DNA of 64,000 nucleotides, from sequence record MN988522.1; one strand, given 5' to 3'. Position numbers and translations under genes: made by a program. Under the pieces are notes generated by a model. That model worked only from the letters and a program-made list of their open reading frames with translations, made no database searches and had not been told where the DNA came from. Positions 35,691 to 45,705 of the stretch are shown in pieces; position 1 is the first letter of the stretch; each line of letters starts with the position of its first letter.

Positions 35691-36146
35691 TCAAGCTACT
35701 ACAGCGAGTTCATTACTTGGTACTTCATGAACGTCACCATCGACTTCGATCATGCAGATTTCACCGTTCACTTTAAGAACAGTGCCTGTACCGTGAACTG
35801 ATTCAACAGTGTTATTAAGAAGGATCTCACGACCATTCTTATCTTCGCATTCGATGAATGCTCTCTGACCATTGTCAGGAGTGTAATCAGGAGCTTTACC
35901 TGTTACGCCATCTGCATTCACATTGTTCCAGTGACCGTATGCGTCAAAGTATAGTACGTCGAGATCCGAACTATCTTGGAACTTGTCACGTTCAGCCATA
36001 GCATCCTTGAAAGGCATTGCTAGAGGACCTAGGATAACTTTATTGTTGGTACGATTAACAATGTACGTACCAATGCGTTTACTGGTATCTTCGTCGATAC
36101 CTGTGATCTTTGACAGATCACTAATCAGACCTGATGCTCTGCTCAT
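35691..36146 (-). CDS. hypothetical protein with MSRA...IDE motif
   Basis: 151 aa, RBS AAGGA. Confidence 0.75.
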   Translation of the reverse strand: MSRASGLISDLSKITGIDEDTSKRIGTYIVNRTNNKVILGPLAMPFKDAMAERDKFQDSSDLDVLYFDAYGHWNNVNADGVTGKAPDYTPDNGQRAFIECEDKNGREILLNNTVESVHGTGTVLKVNGEICMIEVDGDVHEVPSNELAVVA

Positions 36147-36174
36147 ATTAAATATCCTTGTTAGCGTTTATGAC

Positions 36175-36474
36175 TTAGAGACCAGCAGCCTTGCGCTTTC
36201 TCATAGTCATTTGACGCTTACGAGAGATAGCAGCTTGCTGTCCTCTCTTCTTACGAGCACCCATCTTCGCAGCCTTACGCTTAGCGATGATCTCACCGGC
36301 ACTCATCTTGACGCAAGTCTTACCATCAATCTTGTAACCTGGAGGGCAATCAAGAATAACACTCTTGGCTCCACCTCTGAATGTTACTTTCTTCTTAGGA
36401 GCAGCTTCACTAGCTGGAATAGAAGACTCATAGTAAGCATCAATTTTAGTGATCAAATCTGCAGATTTAGACAT
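36175..36474 (-). CDS. basic protein, possibly prohead-core type
   Basis: MSKSADLI..YYE; CPPGYK..TCVK then K/R-rich tail resembling T4-like prohead core proteins. Confidence 0.5.
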   Translation of the reverse strand: MSKSADLITKIDAYYESSIPASEAAPKKKVTFRGGAKSVILDCPPGYKIDGKTCVKMSAGEIIAKRKAAKMGARKKRGQQAAISRKRQMTMRKRKAAGL

Positions 36475-36542
36475 AATGTACATCCATTTTAGTTTATTTA
36501 ATGAGGATTATCACTTTACACAATTATAAAGTGTGCACAAAG

Positions 36543-36570
36543 AGGAAGGCTTATGTCGCCTTCCTTCGCT
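36543..36570 (-). promoter_or_regulatory. conserved motif copy 6
   Basis: Reverse complement agcgaa ggaaggcgacata agccttcct, co-oriented with the downstream - strand genes. Confidence 0.7.
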
Positions 36571-36586
36571 GAATCCTTAGCTTTAT

Positions 36587-38431
36587 TTACGTTATTAACT
36601 TATTCTTCTCACTAGCAGGTATCCCATTAGCGATTCGATCCATCATTATAGGATACGGATGAACACCATCTTGTGTAACACTAGGTCGTACAATAGATCC
36701 TACAGGTAAAATTGCAGCACGTGGAATTGAGAGTATAAGAGTATTTCCACTAACACTTAGAATAGTAGTCGTAGATAGTCTAGCAATTCCATCAGGCGCT
36801 GCATAAGTATTGATTTCTTGTTCTCCTCTAAACAAGTTAGCATTAGCAACTTGAATAGATGAATAAGTTTCTACTCCATCAGTACCAGCTTGGACAGTGA
36901 CAGTTGTGCTAGGTAGTTCTAACGTACCTGGCCATGCACCACCCTTTACACTTGATACCCATGCGTAATAAGTATCAATAGAATCATCGCAACATGATGA
37001 TGTCTTTGCTAAGATATCATTTCTCAGGCGCCATTTACCACTATTGTCTGTTCCATCAGCAGGCCATGAATTCTGAGATGAGTATGTCTGGAATTCTGCC
37101 TGAAGATATAGATTACTAGCAGTGATCGACCCTGTAGCAGGAGTCGTAGCAGACCCTGCAAAGTTATAAGTGAAACTATTTGGACCTGTGACTGTTATAA
37201 TCACATTACCATTGTACTCAGTTTGAGTAGCTCCACCAATCGTAACTGTTTGACCTGTTACAAGTCCGTTAGTACCAGAAGCGATAGCCGCAGTTACAAC
37301 AGTTCCTACAGATGTCAATGTGACAGTACGTGTAGTCACTGTACGACCGAGAGGGGTCGTCGCAACGATCTTAACACCTGGATAACGTGCACGTAGTCTG
37401 GTAACCAAGCTGCGGTAATTGGTATTGAAGAATGTCGTATAAACTGTACTAGTATCATTCTGACCCATCTGATTCAAGATAACAGTAAAAGGTTTCTTAT
37501 TGTTATTGAATGCAGTGATTTCATCAAGAATTGCCCATCGACGAGTAGCAATCGTACTACCACTACCTGTAAGTTCGAGTACAGAGTGTGATCCTGGCAT
37601 ACCAATCATAAAGTGAGGAAGACGTCCAATACCGTCTGCTTTATCTAGCCATCTACGTAACCATCCTAAGTTACCTCGAGCATCAGCACCTGCACTATAT
37701 TCTTGACGAGCTTCACCGATACTATCAACGACTGCTAGTACTACAGGTCGACCATCCCAGTCACCTTTAGCAACCATAAAATCAGGACCGTAGTATGCTG
37801 GTTGAGTTACTAGAATGTAATTTATATCGAGTGATGCAGTGCAGTCTGCAAGTGGTGTATCTTTATAAGCTAGAAGTGTATTGAGATCACTAGCGCCCCA
37901 TATTCTTTCACCACGATGTTTCTGAATACGATATACTGGCCAGACTTTCTCACCTACTGCAGTATGATAGAAAGTCCAAATTTCCATCTCACTTTCAGGA
38001 GCAACATCGCGTAGAACTAATTCATCCGTCCATGCACCATTACTCTGGTCAGCAATTGTTATAGTATCTAGACCTGAGAACTTGCACTGATAGAATACGC
38101 CAGCAACTTTGATAAACAAAGCATCGACTACTACAGAGTTACCAGGAGTACCAATTGTACCAGTTACAACTGTTTCTTGAGGTGAATTTCCACCTTCTGT
38201 TGCAGCGAATCCAGATAGATGGAATTTGAATGAACGTGTTGCATATGAAGGAGTATTTACAATAATCTTACTGCAAAGATAGTTCGTGCCAGATGCTGCT
38301 GTAACTAAGTTACCAGATGGTACACGATTTCTAGTTGCAAAGAACATATAGCGACTAGGATCAACTGGACGAGCTCTTCGTCCATTAAATGCAGTATTAA
38401 CAATTTTTAATGATTTTTTGGATATAGCCAT
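36587..38431 (-). CDS. virion-associated SGNH/GDSL esterase-like protein
   Basis: Blocks VVDSIG, MGQND, DGVHP; Thr-rich beta insertion. Confidence 0.65.
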   Translation of the reverse strand: MAISKKSLKIVNTAFNGRRARPVDPSRYMFFATRNRVPSGNLVTAASGTNYLCSKIIVNTPSYATRSFKFHLSGFAATEGGNSPQETVVTGTIGTPGNSVVVDALFIKVAGVFYQCKFSGLDTITIADQSNGAWTDELVLRDVAPESEMEIWTFYHTAVGEKVWPVYRIQKHRGERIWGASDLNTLLAYKDTPLADCTASLDINYILVTQPAYYGPDFMVAKGDWDGRPVVLAVVDSIGEARQEYSAGADARGNLGWLRRWLDKADGIGRLPHFMIGMPGSHSVLELTGSGSTIATRRWAILDEITAFNNNKKPFTVILNQMGQNDTSTVYTTFFNTNYRSLVTRLRARYPGVKIVATTPLGRTVTTRTVTLTSVGTVVTAAIASGTNGLVTGQTVTIGGATQTEYNGNVIITVTGPNSFTYNFAGSATTPATGSITASNLYLQAEFQTYSSQNSWPADGTDNSGKWRLRNDILAKTSSCCDDSIDTYYAWVSSVKGGAWPGTLELPSTTVTVQAGTDGVETYSSIQVANANLFRGEQEINTYAAPDGIARLSTTTILSVSGNTLILSIPRAAILPVGSIVRPSVTQDGVHPYPIMMDRIANGIPASEKNKLIT

Positions 38432-38462
38432 AACATCAACTCTCAGATTTATCCATGATTAC

Positions 38463-39740
38463 TTATAGAGGAGCAAGTCTCACGTAGTTAGGTGGGACCC
38501 AATAAGGATCTAGCATAGGAGCCATAGCTGCAGCGAAGTATGGTGCCATGTTAGCATGATCTGTTTGCCCAGGGTGAATTGTATCTGACGGATACGAATT
38601 AGGATCTCCCTGATATGGTCTCATATCGATCGCAACATCACAATATCCATCAGCTCCTGATAGAATCCAATTGTTGTAATCATTCTTTACAGTATTCTGA
38701 GCACCTGTGAACGTTCCACGATTCAAGCAGCAGACTGCTACCATAAGTAGCGGGAGTCCATAAGGTCCGATTGTATTCTTAACTGCAGTAGCAATTGAGA
38801 TGAAGTCAGCTTTGATCGCTGCTAATGTTCTATTTGCTGCAATATCGTTAGTAATACATTGTAGAATTACACAAGTTAGCAGGTCAAGATTGACCCATTG
38901 AAGAGGAGCGAGTGCAGGAGTCTGAAGTTGCATTTTATTAGCATCAACAGCAGCAAACTGCCATACAAACGTCTCTCCATTAATATTATTTAATCCACGT
39001 TTGATGTAACCACCAGTCGTTCCTGTATTGGTATCATTGAGATACTGAGCAATACTGTCACCGATGACTCTACAAGCAGCCATAGGAACATCAGGAATTC
39101 CTGTAATCATCCATGGCCATACAGCGTTACCTCCACCAGATCCAGATGCATTCATAGCACCTACGCTATTAACCTGAGCACCACCTACTGTACGAAATCC
39201 TTGTGATGATGGGCCAACCATGTTGACACCATTAATATTGTCAAGCGCTGGATCGAATACTCCAGTCGTAGCATTCTTTACAGTTCTAGTACCTCTGGTG
39301 AAGATCTGACTATTAGCAAGAGCAAATGCTCCAACAATATTGTCAGTTTCAATCAATCCACCACTGACTAGATCTTTAGATATCGCACCACTATAGGTTG
39401 CAGGATACGTAGTTGATCCAATTTCAATTGCACGCCTCCAGATACTTGTAGCAGCAGGAGATGCAACTTCTGCTCCAGATCCAGGTGTCAGTCTTGCTTG
39501 TATATCCTGAATTCTAAGATCTTTAATATTAGCTCGCCCGATTTTATGAGCATTTCTAACTTGGTTAGCAGTATACGATCCACCTGAAGCCATTAATGAT
39601 GGAGCTAGGTTAGGAGTTGCGCACCAACTAGCTACAAGTTGTCTTTTAGTAGGTGTAGGTCGAACTAAAGGTCGATTATTGTTGCGAGGATTTATTAAGA
39701 TTAATTTTGACTTCAATAATCTGGTTTTAGAGATTGCCAT
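38463..39740 (-). CDS. virion-associated SGNH/GDSL esterase-like protein
   Basis: Blocks IGDSI, ITND, DTIHP. Confidence 0.7.
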   Translation of the reverse strand: MAISKTRLLKSKLILINPRNNNRPLVRPTPTKRQLVASWCATPNLAPSLMASGGSYTANQVRNAHKIGRANIKDLRIQDIQARLTPGSGAEVASPAATSIWRRAIEIGSTTYPATYSGAISKDLVSGGLIETDNIVGAFALANSQIFTRGTRTVKNATTGVFDPALDNINGVNMVGPSSQGFRTVGGAQVNSVGAMNASGSGGGNAVWPWMITGIPDVPMAACRVIGDSIAQYLNDTNTGTTGGYIKRGLNNINGETFVWQFAAVDANKMQLQTPALAPLQWVNLDLLTCVILQCITNDIAANRTLAAIKADFISIATAVKNTIGPYGLPLLMVAVCCLNRGTFTGAQNTVKNDYNNWILSGADGYCDVAIDMRPYQGDPNSYPSDTIHPGQTDHANMAPYFAAAMAPMLDPYWVPPNYVRLAPL

Positions 39741-39811
39741 AATGCTATCCTTAATGAGATATAAATGTTAGTAGGTGAAATTTTCCACCTACTAACAGAT
39801 TTGAGAGTCTA

Positions 39812-42172
39812 TTAACTCTGTATGTATCTCCAGCAATATCCGTCATCATAACGAGCAGGTACAGCTACTGTTGCTCCATTTGAGAGCGTATAAACTACAG
39901 CACATGATACAGTTGGTGTGTTACGATATGTTGGCATATTCGGATTAACAACTTGTCCAGCAGGAATAATGAACGTCAATCCTGTTTCATTAAGGACTTT
40001 CTGGTCATTAATTAGCCATTGAACAACAGATGTTGCTCCAGCAATTTCAGGAACAGTCACTGTCAGAGTAGATCCTGCAGTCATCGTACCAGAGATTGTA
40101 GGTTTAACTACAGGATCAGTAGTCGTTACTGAATTAACGAAATTAGGACCCTTCGTGAATGCAGGGTAGTCTGGTGTGACGAATGTACCACTAGCGTTTG
40201 TATAACCGGTAGCTGCTCCACCACTTCCTGAGAATCCATTATTGTTATTCTGTTCAGCGATATTGTCTGTAACGAACCCTGTTGCAGGACGGTCTTGCTT
40301 GAAGAATGCTTTATTCTTACGCGTATGGTTATAAAGGATTTCATAGTCCATACGCTGCCATCCACCGTCTGGGTCATCATATCCAGATAGTGCCATAGCA
40401 AACCAGTTACCTTCGATACGATTGAAAATCCATCGTTGATCACGAGTATGAATGATTGCACCAGTACCGATACCGAATGAGTTATCATTCAATATAGCAC
40501 CACGAAGATAGTTATCACGTACGGTAACGAGACTTGATAGTGATGACAAGCAGAAGTAGTTACCTTCACAGTCGTTACGTTCGAATAGAACTCTACTTGC
40601 ACCTTCAATAACGCAGTTACCTTTAAGAGCATTCGAAAGTACTGAGTGTCTGAAGATATTGTCTGAGACTTCTACGTCAGCAGGTTCCATACCAGACTTG
40701 CGTTCGGAGGTGATCTGAAGATTATCTGCTCCAGTACCTGTAGGAATACCAAACTTACACCAACGAACTCGACCTTGTCTCCATTTACGGAGATACATTC
40801 CGTCACCGTCAATACCATCAACAAGTGTACAATGATAGATATTACTATTAACGAATCCATGTAAGTAGATACCGTTACCGTACTGACTATTCTTCTCAAT
40901 CTGGAGTCGCAAGAATGTACTTCCTGTACCATCCGTAAGACTGATCGCTCGTTGTGTGCCAGTAATCTTCAGATCTTTAAGAATAACGTTAGTTAATGTA
41001 CCAGATACTGATGCACCAATTGCAAATCCACTTGGAACTGTGGTTATAAAGTGAGGAGGTGGTTGTGAAGGGTCACCATAAGCTTGAATTGTTGTATAAT
41101 TGCGAAGTGCGTGACCTGTTGTAGTCGTAGGAGTATCGTAAACAGTACCACGCTTATACATCGTGATATATGTACTGAAAACGTCTGCTCCTCGAATACC
41201 ATTAGCCTTACCAAAGGTCTTGAATGGAGTAGCAGGAGTCTTACCATTGTTAAGACTATCGTCACCATTGACACTATCAACGAAGTAGGTTCTTGTTAGT
41301 CCAGCAGTCGGTACAAGAGTAATAGGAACAATTGTGCTCTGACTTCCAGCAATATTAGATGCTGTGATCGTTACATAATAAGTTCCTGCAGCTTTTGCTG
41401 AATTGACAAGAGTGATCATACCTGTACTTGCATCAATAGCAAAATCAACATCATCAATTGAATAAGTGACTGCAGGTTTAGGTGAATTCAATGCAAGGAC
41501 ACGTCCTACACTCGTACCAGATGCAGCACCTTGAGTTATATACATATAACCTAGGTATCCATACTTACCATTCTTCTCACTATCAACCCATGTCGTATAA
41601 GAAGGAGGCATCTGAGGAGCTTCATTAGGCTTATCTGTAGTAACACTAATCGTATTACTGATGATTTCGATGAATCCACTAGCTACCGTACCAGCAGTTA
41701 CACGGAATTGATAAGTACCATCTTCTAACACGTCTTGGAATACGTGAGTAGAATTACCAGAAATATCTGACAATTCTGAACCGTCAACGATCCATTCTGT
41801 ATTACCGAAAACTCTATATTCATAAACTATGATTCTATCATTGACAGGAGCGCCATTCTCTAGATATAGATTAGAACTAAGAGTAGGGTGGATAGTATTT
41901 TGCGGACTAGTACCTGTAATTTTTAGACGTGCCAAGGAGATCTCCATATCTGTAACTTTAGGAATATTGATTTTGTCGTATTCACGAGCTTTAATCTCAA
42001 CACTTCCTGGTGGTAAATTTGAGAACGATACAGACCAGTCCCCATTCTCGTCTGCTACGATAGAATAAGTATTTGATCCTATCGTACCCTTAACGCGCTT
42101 CCCAGGAGTAGCTTTACCATGGACTGTTGCAGTATTACCTGAAGCATTTTTAGATGTAATTGATATAGCCAT
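39812..42172 (-). CDS. tailspike/depolymerase-like protein (Ig-like, cadherin-like, beta-helix)
   Basis: ADENGDWSV Ig-like; FAIDASTGMI cadherin-like; YFVDSVNGDD..PFKT; parallel beta-helix repeats. Confidence 0.72.
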   Translation of the reverse strand: MAISITSKNASGNTATVHGKATPGKRVKGTIGSNTYSIVADENGDWSVSFSNLPPGSVEIKAREYDKINIPKVTDMEISLARLKITGTSPQNTIHPTLSSNLYLENGAPVNDRIIVYEYRVFGNTEWIVDGSELSDISGNSTHVFQDVLEDGTYQFRVTAGTVASGFIEIISNTISVTTDKPNEAPQMPPSYTTWVDSEKNGKYGYLGYMYITQGAASGTSVGRVLALNSPKPAVTYSIDDVDFAIDASTGMITLVNSAKAAGTYYVTITASNIAGSQSTIVPITLVPTAGLTRTYFVDSVNGDDSLNNGKTPATPFKTFGKANGIRGADVFSTYITMYKRGTVYDTPTTTTGHALRNYTTIQAYGDPSQPPPHFITTVPSGFAIGASVSGTLTNVILKDLKITGTQRAISLTDGTGSTFLRLQIEKNSQYGNGIYLHGFVNSNIYHCTLVDGIDGDGMYLRKWRQGRVRWCKFGIPTGTGADNLQITSERKSGMEPADVEVSDNIFRHSVLSNALKGNCVIEGASRVLFERNDCEGNYFCLSSLSSLVTVRDNYLRGAILNDNSFGIGTGAIIHTRDQRWIFNRIEGNWFAMALSGYDDPDGGWQRMDYEILYNHTRKNKAFFKQDRPATGFVTDNIAEQNNNNGFSGSGGAATGYTNASGTFVTPDYPAFTKGPNFVNSVTTTDPVVKPTISGTMTAGSTLTVTVPEIAGATSVVQWLINDQKVLNETGLTFIIPAGQVVNPNMPTYRNTPTVSCAVVYTLSNGATVAVPARYDDGYCWRYIQS

Positions 42173-42178
42173 CTTATG

Positions 42179-43654
42179 TTATCCATGACTCTTAAGTTCA
42201 ACTGTAATAAGCATACTATCTGTACCGCTATTAGTGAATGCTGACTGCGGATCTGTATTAACAGGTCCATTAGTATCATAAACTGCTAGTCTTGATGTAG
42301 ACGATGAGTTAGTATGGTCTTGTCTGACTGTCCATGAAGCTCCTATACTACCTAACGTGGTACTACGGATAGCAGCCATACAAATCAACCATGAGGTACT
42401 ATCAGTATTCTGAAGTGCCATAACATCAGCATTCTTACGCGTAGTTCCTGAAGCTGCGAATACAGTATTAATTGCACCTATTGGTGCAGCATTGTTTGCA
42501 CCTCTATACACCATTACTACAGTATCTGTAGCACTTGTTGAAACGATAGAAGGTTCTGAGCTAGTAGCAGCCACCTTCCAGAAGACTCTACCTAGATAAC
42601 CACCAGCACTTAAGAAAGCACTAGTAGCAGTCCAACCTGAAGGTAGTGTGAATGTTCCTCCATCACGGAATACACATGCTACAAATAGGTCACCCGCTTG
42701 GTGAGTAGGCATAGCTACAGTAGAAACACCCATTGCAGATGATACGAACGTAATTGCATCATCGATCGTAATAGAGTCGAGTGCTTCTTCACCTACTGGA
42801 AAGTCAGTAACCATCAAGTCAGCTAGATTGTAGCTACCTGCTGGTAGATCTTCTGTGTATGTATAAGTCCAATCACCTTCTGCATCTGTAACTGCTGTGC
42901 CATTTTCTGTACCACTAGGCATAAGGAAGTGAATCGTAAGACCTGATACACCTGTATTTGATCGAACGTAACCTGTTAATGTAGGTCTAGTATTCGTTGT
43001 GATATTACCTGAAGAAACCGGTACACCGTCAATCGCAGATAGGTACAGACCTTCTACTTCAGTAGCTGTAATCAAAATTGTCAATGTTCTACCTGCTGTC
43101 GTAGTAACAAGTAGTTCAGTCGACCCTACTGTTACTGGACTCTCTCCTTTAAGAATTCTATTAGTAGTATCACTGAATGTGAATCGGCCATCATCTGGAG
43201 AGATGCTAAAGATCTTCTCATCAGCACCTATATCAAGACCTGTCAAGGTAGCGATAGTTGTTCCTTCGAGATCGTCAATGGTAAGAGTACCAGTAGTAGG
43301 TCCTAATACACCTTCGATCGTATTAACAACGTTAATTGTAAAGGTACGGATAACAGGAAAATCTATTCCGTTATCAGCTTGAATCGTGACTGTGTGTGAA
43401 CTATTAGTTTCAAAATCTAATGAGCCACTAAGTCGTAGAGTTTTATTAACTAGAGAGAATTTGTTGTCTGGATCATCAATTTTAGTAAAGATATAATTAG
43501 CTTGTCCACCTGTAATTGACAGATGTCCAATGACTGAATTATTCAAAGAATTCTCGAATATTGTAGCATTAGAAAGATAAATTGTACCAGGCAGTCTCGT
43601 AGATTTAACGATACTGTTACCGAGAATTCTAATAAATTTCTTGGATATAGTCAT
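42179..43654 (-). CDS. cadherin/Ig-repeat virion protein
   Basis: LDFETNSSHTVTIQA cadherin motif; TDAEGDWTY Ig-like; start MTISKK with upstream GGAGG. Confidence 0.68.
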   Translation of the reverse strand: MTISKKFIRILGNSIVKSTRLPGTIYLSNATIFENSLNNSVIGHLSITGGQANYIFTKIDDPDNKFSLVNKTLRLSGSLDFETNSSHTVTIQADNGIDFPVIRTFTINVVNTIEGVLGPTTGTLTIDDLEGTTIATLTGLDIGADEKIFSISPDDGRFTFSDTTNRILKGESPVTVGSTELLVTTTAGRTLTILITATEVEGLYLSAIDGVPVSSGNITTNTRPTLTGYVRSNTGVSGLTIHFLMPSGTENGTAVTDAEGDWTYTYTEDLPAGSYNLADLMVTDFPVGEEALDSITIDDAITFVSSAMGVSTVAMPTHQAGDLFVACVFRDGGTFTLPSGWTATSAFLSAGGYLGRVFWKVAATSSEPSIVSTSATDTVVMVYRGANNAAPIGAINTVFAASGTTRKNADVMALQNTDSTSWLICMAAIRSTTLGSIGASWTVRQDHTNSSSTSRLAVYDTNGPVNTDPQSAFTNSGTDSMLITVELKSHG

Positions 43655-43722
43655 TTCAGGTATCTTACCTCCGAACATAGAATAGTGACGCTACTTACAT
43701 CGTGTAAGTAGCGTCATATTAC

Positions 43723-44388
43723 TTACACTTCGATGGTATGAAGAGTTACCTTATAAACTTCGCTATTAGCTGCAGGTGTATAAGCTCCAGCAGTAACAAG
43801 ATAAGCGAATAGATCTGTACCTGTGGTACGAATCTGCTTACCAATGTTATTAACTTCGACGTATAGAGTTGAACCGATCAGAACAGGCGTACCTAGATCG
43901 ACGTATCCAAGGAATGATGGACGATCAGTTGCATCGAATACGAATGCTCCATTATCTGCAACAGCAGATCCTGGTGTTGCACTGTAAAGATATAGTCTGA
44001 AAGAAGTCATACCTGCTGGAACAGATGCAATATCGAGTTCCAGCTGTGTACCTGTAACAAGGAGAGCTCCTGCAGCAGATCTTACAGCAGCAAATGTAAG
44101 AGGTCCACCTACAACGTCGTTAGCAGCATATGCGTTCATATCTGCAGGACGTGTAATAGTTAGAGCAACATCCTTAGCAGATGATGTCTGGTTGACAGGT
44201 AGAGTATCCTGGTTACTTGCGAGAACTACAGGTAGAGATGCAGTCTTAGTCTGTTGACCAAACGTCAGATCTGCTGCTGCACCATCAGCTCCAATAGCTA
44301 CCTTAATTCTTTGATAGAGTACGCCACCAACATCGTCAGCAGCGATTGTTGCACCATTACCTGGTGTTACACTCATATTATCAGCCAT
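43723..44388 (-). CDS. putative virion structural protein
   Basis: MADNMSVTPGNGATIAADDVGGVLYQRIK; late-operon context. Confidence 0.6.
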   Translation of the reverse strand: MADNMSVTPGNGATIAADDVGGVLYQRIKVAIGADGAAADLTFGQQTKTASLPVVLASNQDTLPVNQTSSAKDVALTITRPADMNAYAANDVVGGPLTFAAVRSAAGALLVTGTQLELDIASVPAGMTSFRLYLYSATPGSAVADNGAFVFDATDRPSFLGYVDLGTPVLIGSTLYVEVNNIGKQIRTTGTDLFAYLVTAGAYTPAANSEVYKVTLHTIEV

Positions 44389-44402
44389 TTTCGTATCCTA
44401 AT

Positions 44403-44714
44403 TTAGCTGTTTAACAATAGAAGACCACGGTATGTGCTACCTGAGGTCGGTGGTGAAGTATTTTGACCTGCATAGGTCATGAGTAGTGTTAGTCCCATAG
44501 GACGTCCTACTCTATCATCTACAGGAGGCGTGTCACCTGCTGTATAAGTCAATAACAATAGAAGTCCTAGAGACTTACCTGTTAAACTCGGATCTGGCGG
44601 ATCAGGAGGATCTACAGGCGTTCCAGGACTATCAATTGTAGTCGAAGAGTATTGGTAGCCGTAACTGAACACTCCTTTGACTCCTTGGAATTCGTTAAAT
44701 ATAACGCCAACCAT
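44403..44714 (-). CDS. hypothetical protein
   Basis: 103 aa with internal repeat G(K/R)xxGLxLLxTYxxG. Confidence 0.6.
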   Translation of the reverse strand: MVGVIFNEFQGVKGVFSYGYQYSSTTIDSPGTPVDPPDPPDPSLTGKSLGLLLLLTYTAGDTPPVDDRVGRPMGLTLLMTYAGQNTSPPTSGSTYRGLLLLNS

Positions 44715-44754
44715 CTTATGTCCTACTCAGAGATTTGAATCTCTATAAGATTCA

Positions 44755-45096
44755 TTAGTCGTGTTCTACGTGAATTTCGACACCAGTACCTACAACTGAT
44801 ACAATTCTTCTAACAAATTTTGGTAGAATCCATGCTCCTTGTGGACGTTTATATGTCTGAGGCTCACTATCTTCATTACTGATTGGGACTACAGTGATTT
44901 CAGCTACGATACCCGATGGAACATAGATATCCAATGCCTTACCATAAATTGGTAATTCTTTATTACCTATCATTTCCGATGTAAGTAGATATGATTTTGT
45001 AGACTGATGAGTTCTTCTCTTCTCACCAAGGTTGTAGAGATTAGACTCTCTATCGCTATACCAACCAGATGGATCTTTTTCTATGTCGTAAGGCAT
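44755..45096 (-). CDS. hypothetical protein
   Basis: 113 aa. Confidence 0.65.
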   Translation of the reverse strand: MPYDIEKDPSGWYSDRESNLYNLGEKRRTHQSTKSYLLTSEMIGNKELPIYGKALDIYVPSGIVAEITVVPISNEDSEPQTYKRPQGAWILPKFVRRIVSVVGTGVEIHVEHD

Positions 45097-45111
45097 CGAA
45101 TCTATTCCGTA

Positions 45112-45696
45112 TCACTGATTAAAATATTTTATGACACCATCGTAGATTGCATCTGCAACAAAGTCATGTTTATCATTAGCAATATACTTATCACAGTCTT
45201 TAATTGAAGAGATGTAATAAGGTTCAATAATTGCACTAGGCGCATTAATCTTACTCAAGAAGAGATCGATCTTAGGTTTAAAGTCAACTTTAAATTTGTT
45301 GCTTTCTACCATAGATGGAGACATCTTCTTAAACCATCCTACCCATGCCCCTCTATTGTGAGATCCTAGCATTCTCACACATGACTCTAATAGATTTTCA
45401 GCGAGCTTTTTAGATGAATCTTTGTGCATCATAAAGAAAGCTCGACTGCCATCAGTCTTGGTATTGTTAGTATTACCAAGATGAACTTCGATAGCTAGAT
45501 CCGGATTGATTTCGTTGATGCGAGTAACCTTGTCTAAAAGCTTACCTTCAACAACGTGAATCTGGTAAATCGACGGATCGAACTTAAGTTTTAATTGATC
45601 TACAATTTTGACTACTTCGTCGTATTCGACGTAGCCATTTTTAGATACTCCACGATAATTCTCATAATGACCAGGACTGATGGCAATAACCTTCAT
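45112..45696 (-). CDS. N-acetylmuramoyl-L-alanine amidase (Amidase_3)
   Basis: ISPGH, catalytic E, AIEVH, AIIEPYY. Confidence 0.8.
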   Translation of the reverse strand: MKVIAISPGHYENYRGVSKNGYVEYDEVVKIVDQLKLKFDPSIYQIHVVEGKLLDKVTRINEINPDLAIEVHLGNTNNTKTDGSRAFFMMHKDSSKKLAENLLESCVRMLGSHNRGAWVGWFKKMSPSMVESNKFKVDFKPKIDLFLSKINAPSAIIEPYYISSIKDCDKYIANDKHDFVADAIYDGVIKYFNQ

Positions 45697-45705
45697 TTTA
45701 TATCT

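Noticed and set aside
35407-36492. Plus-strand ORFs 35407..35643 and 35983..36492
   Set aside because: Antisense to better-supported minus-strand genes that carry RBSs and the shared N-terminal motif, and located past the bidirectional terminator
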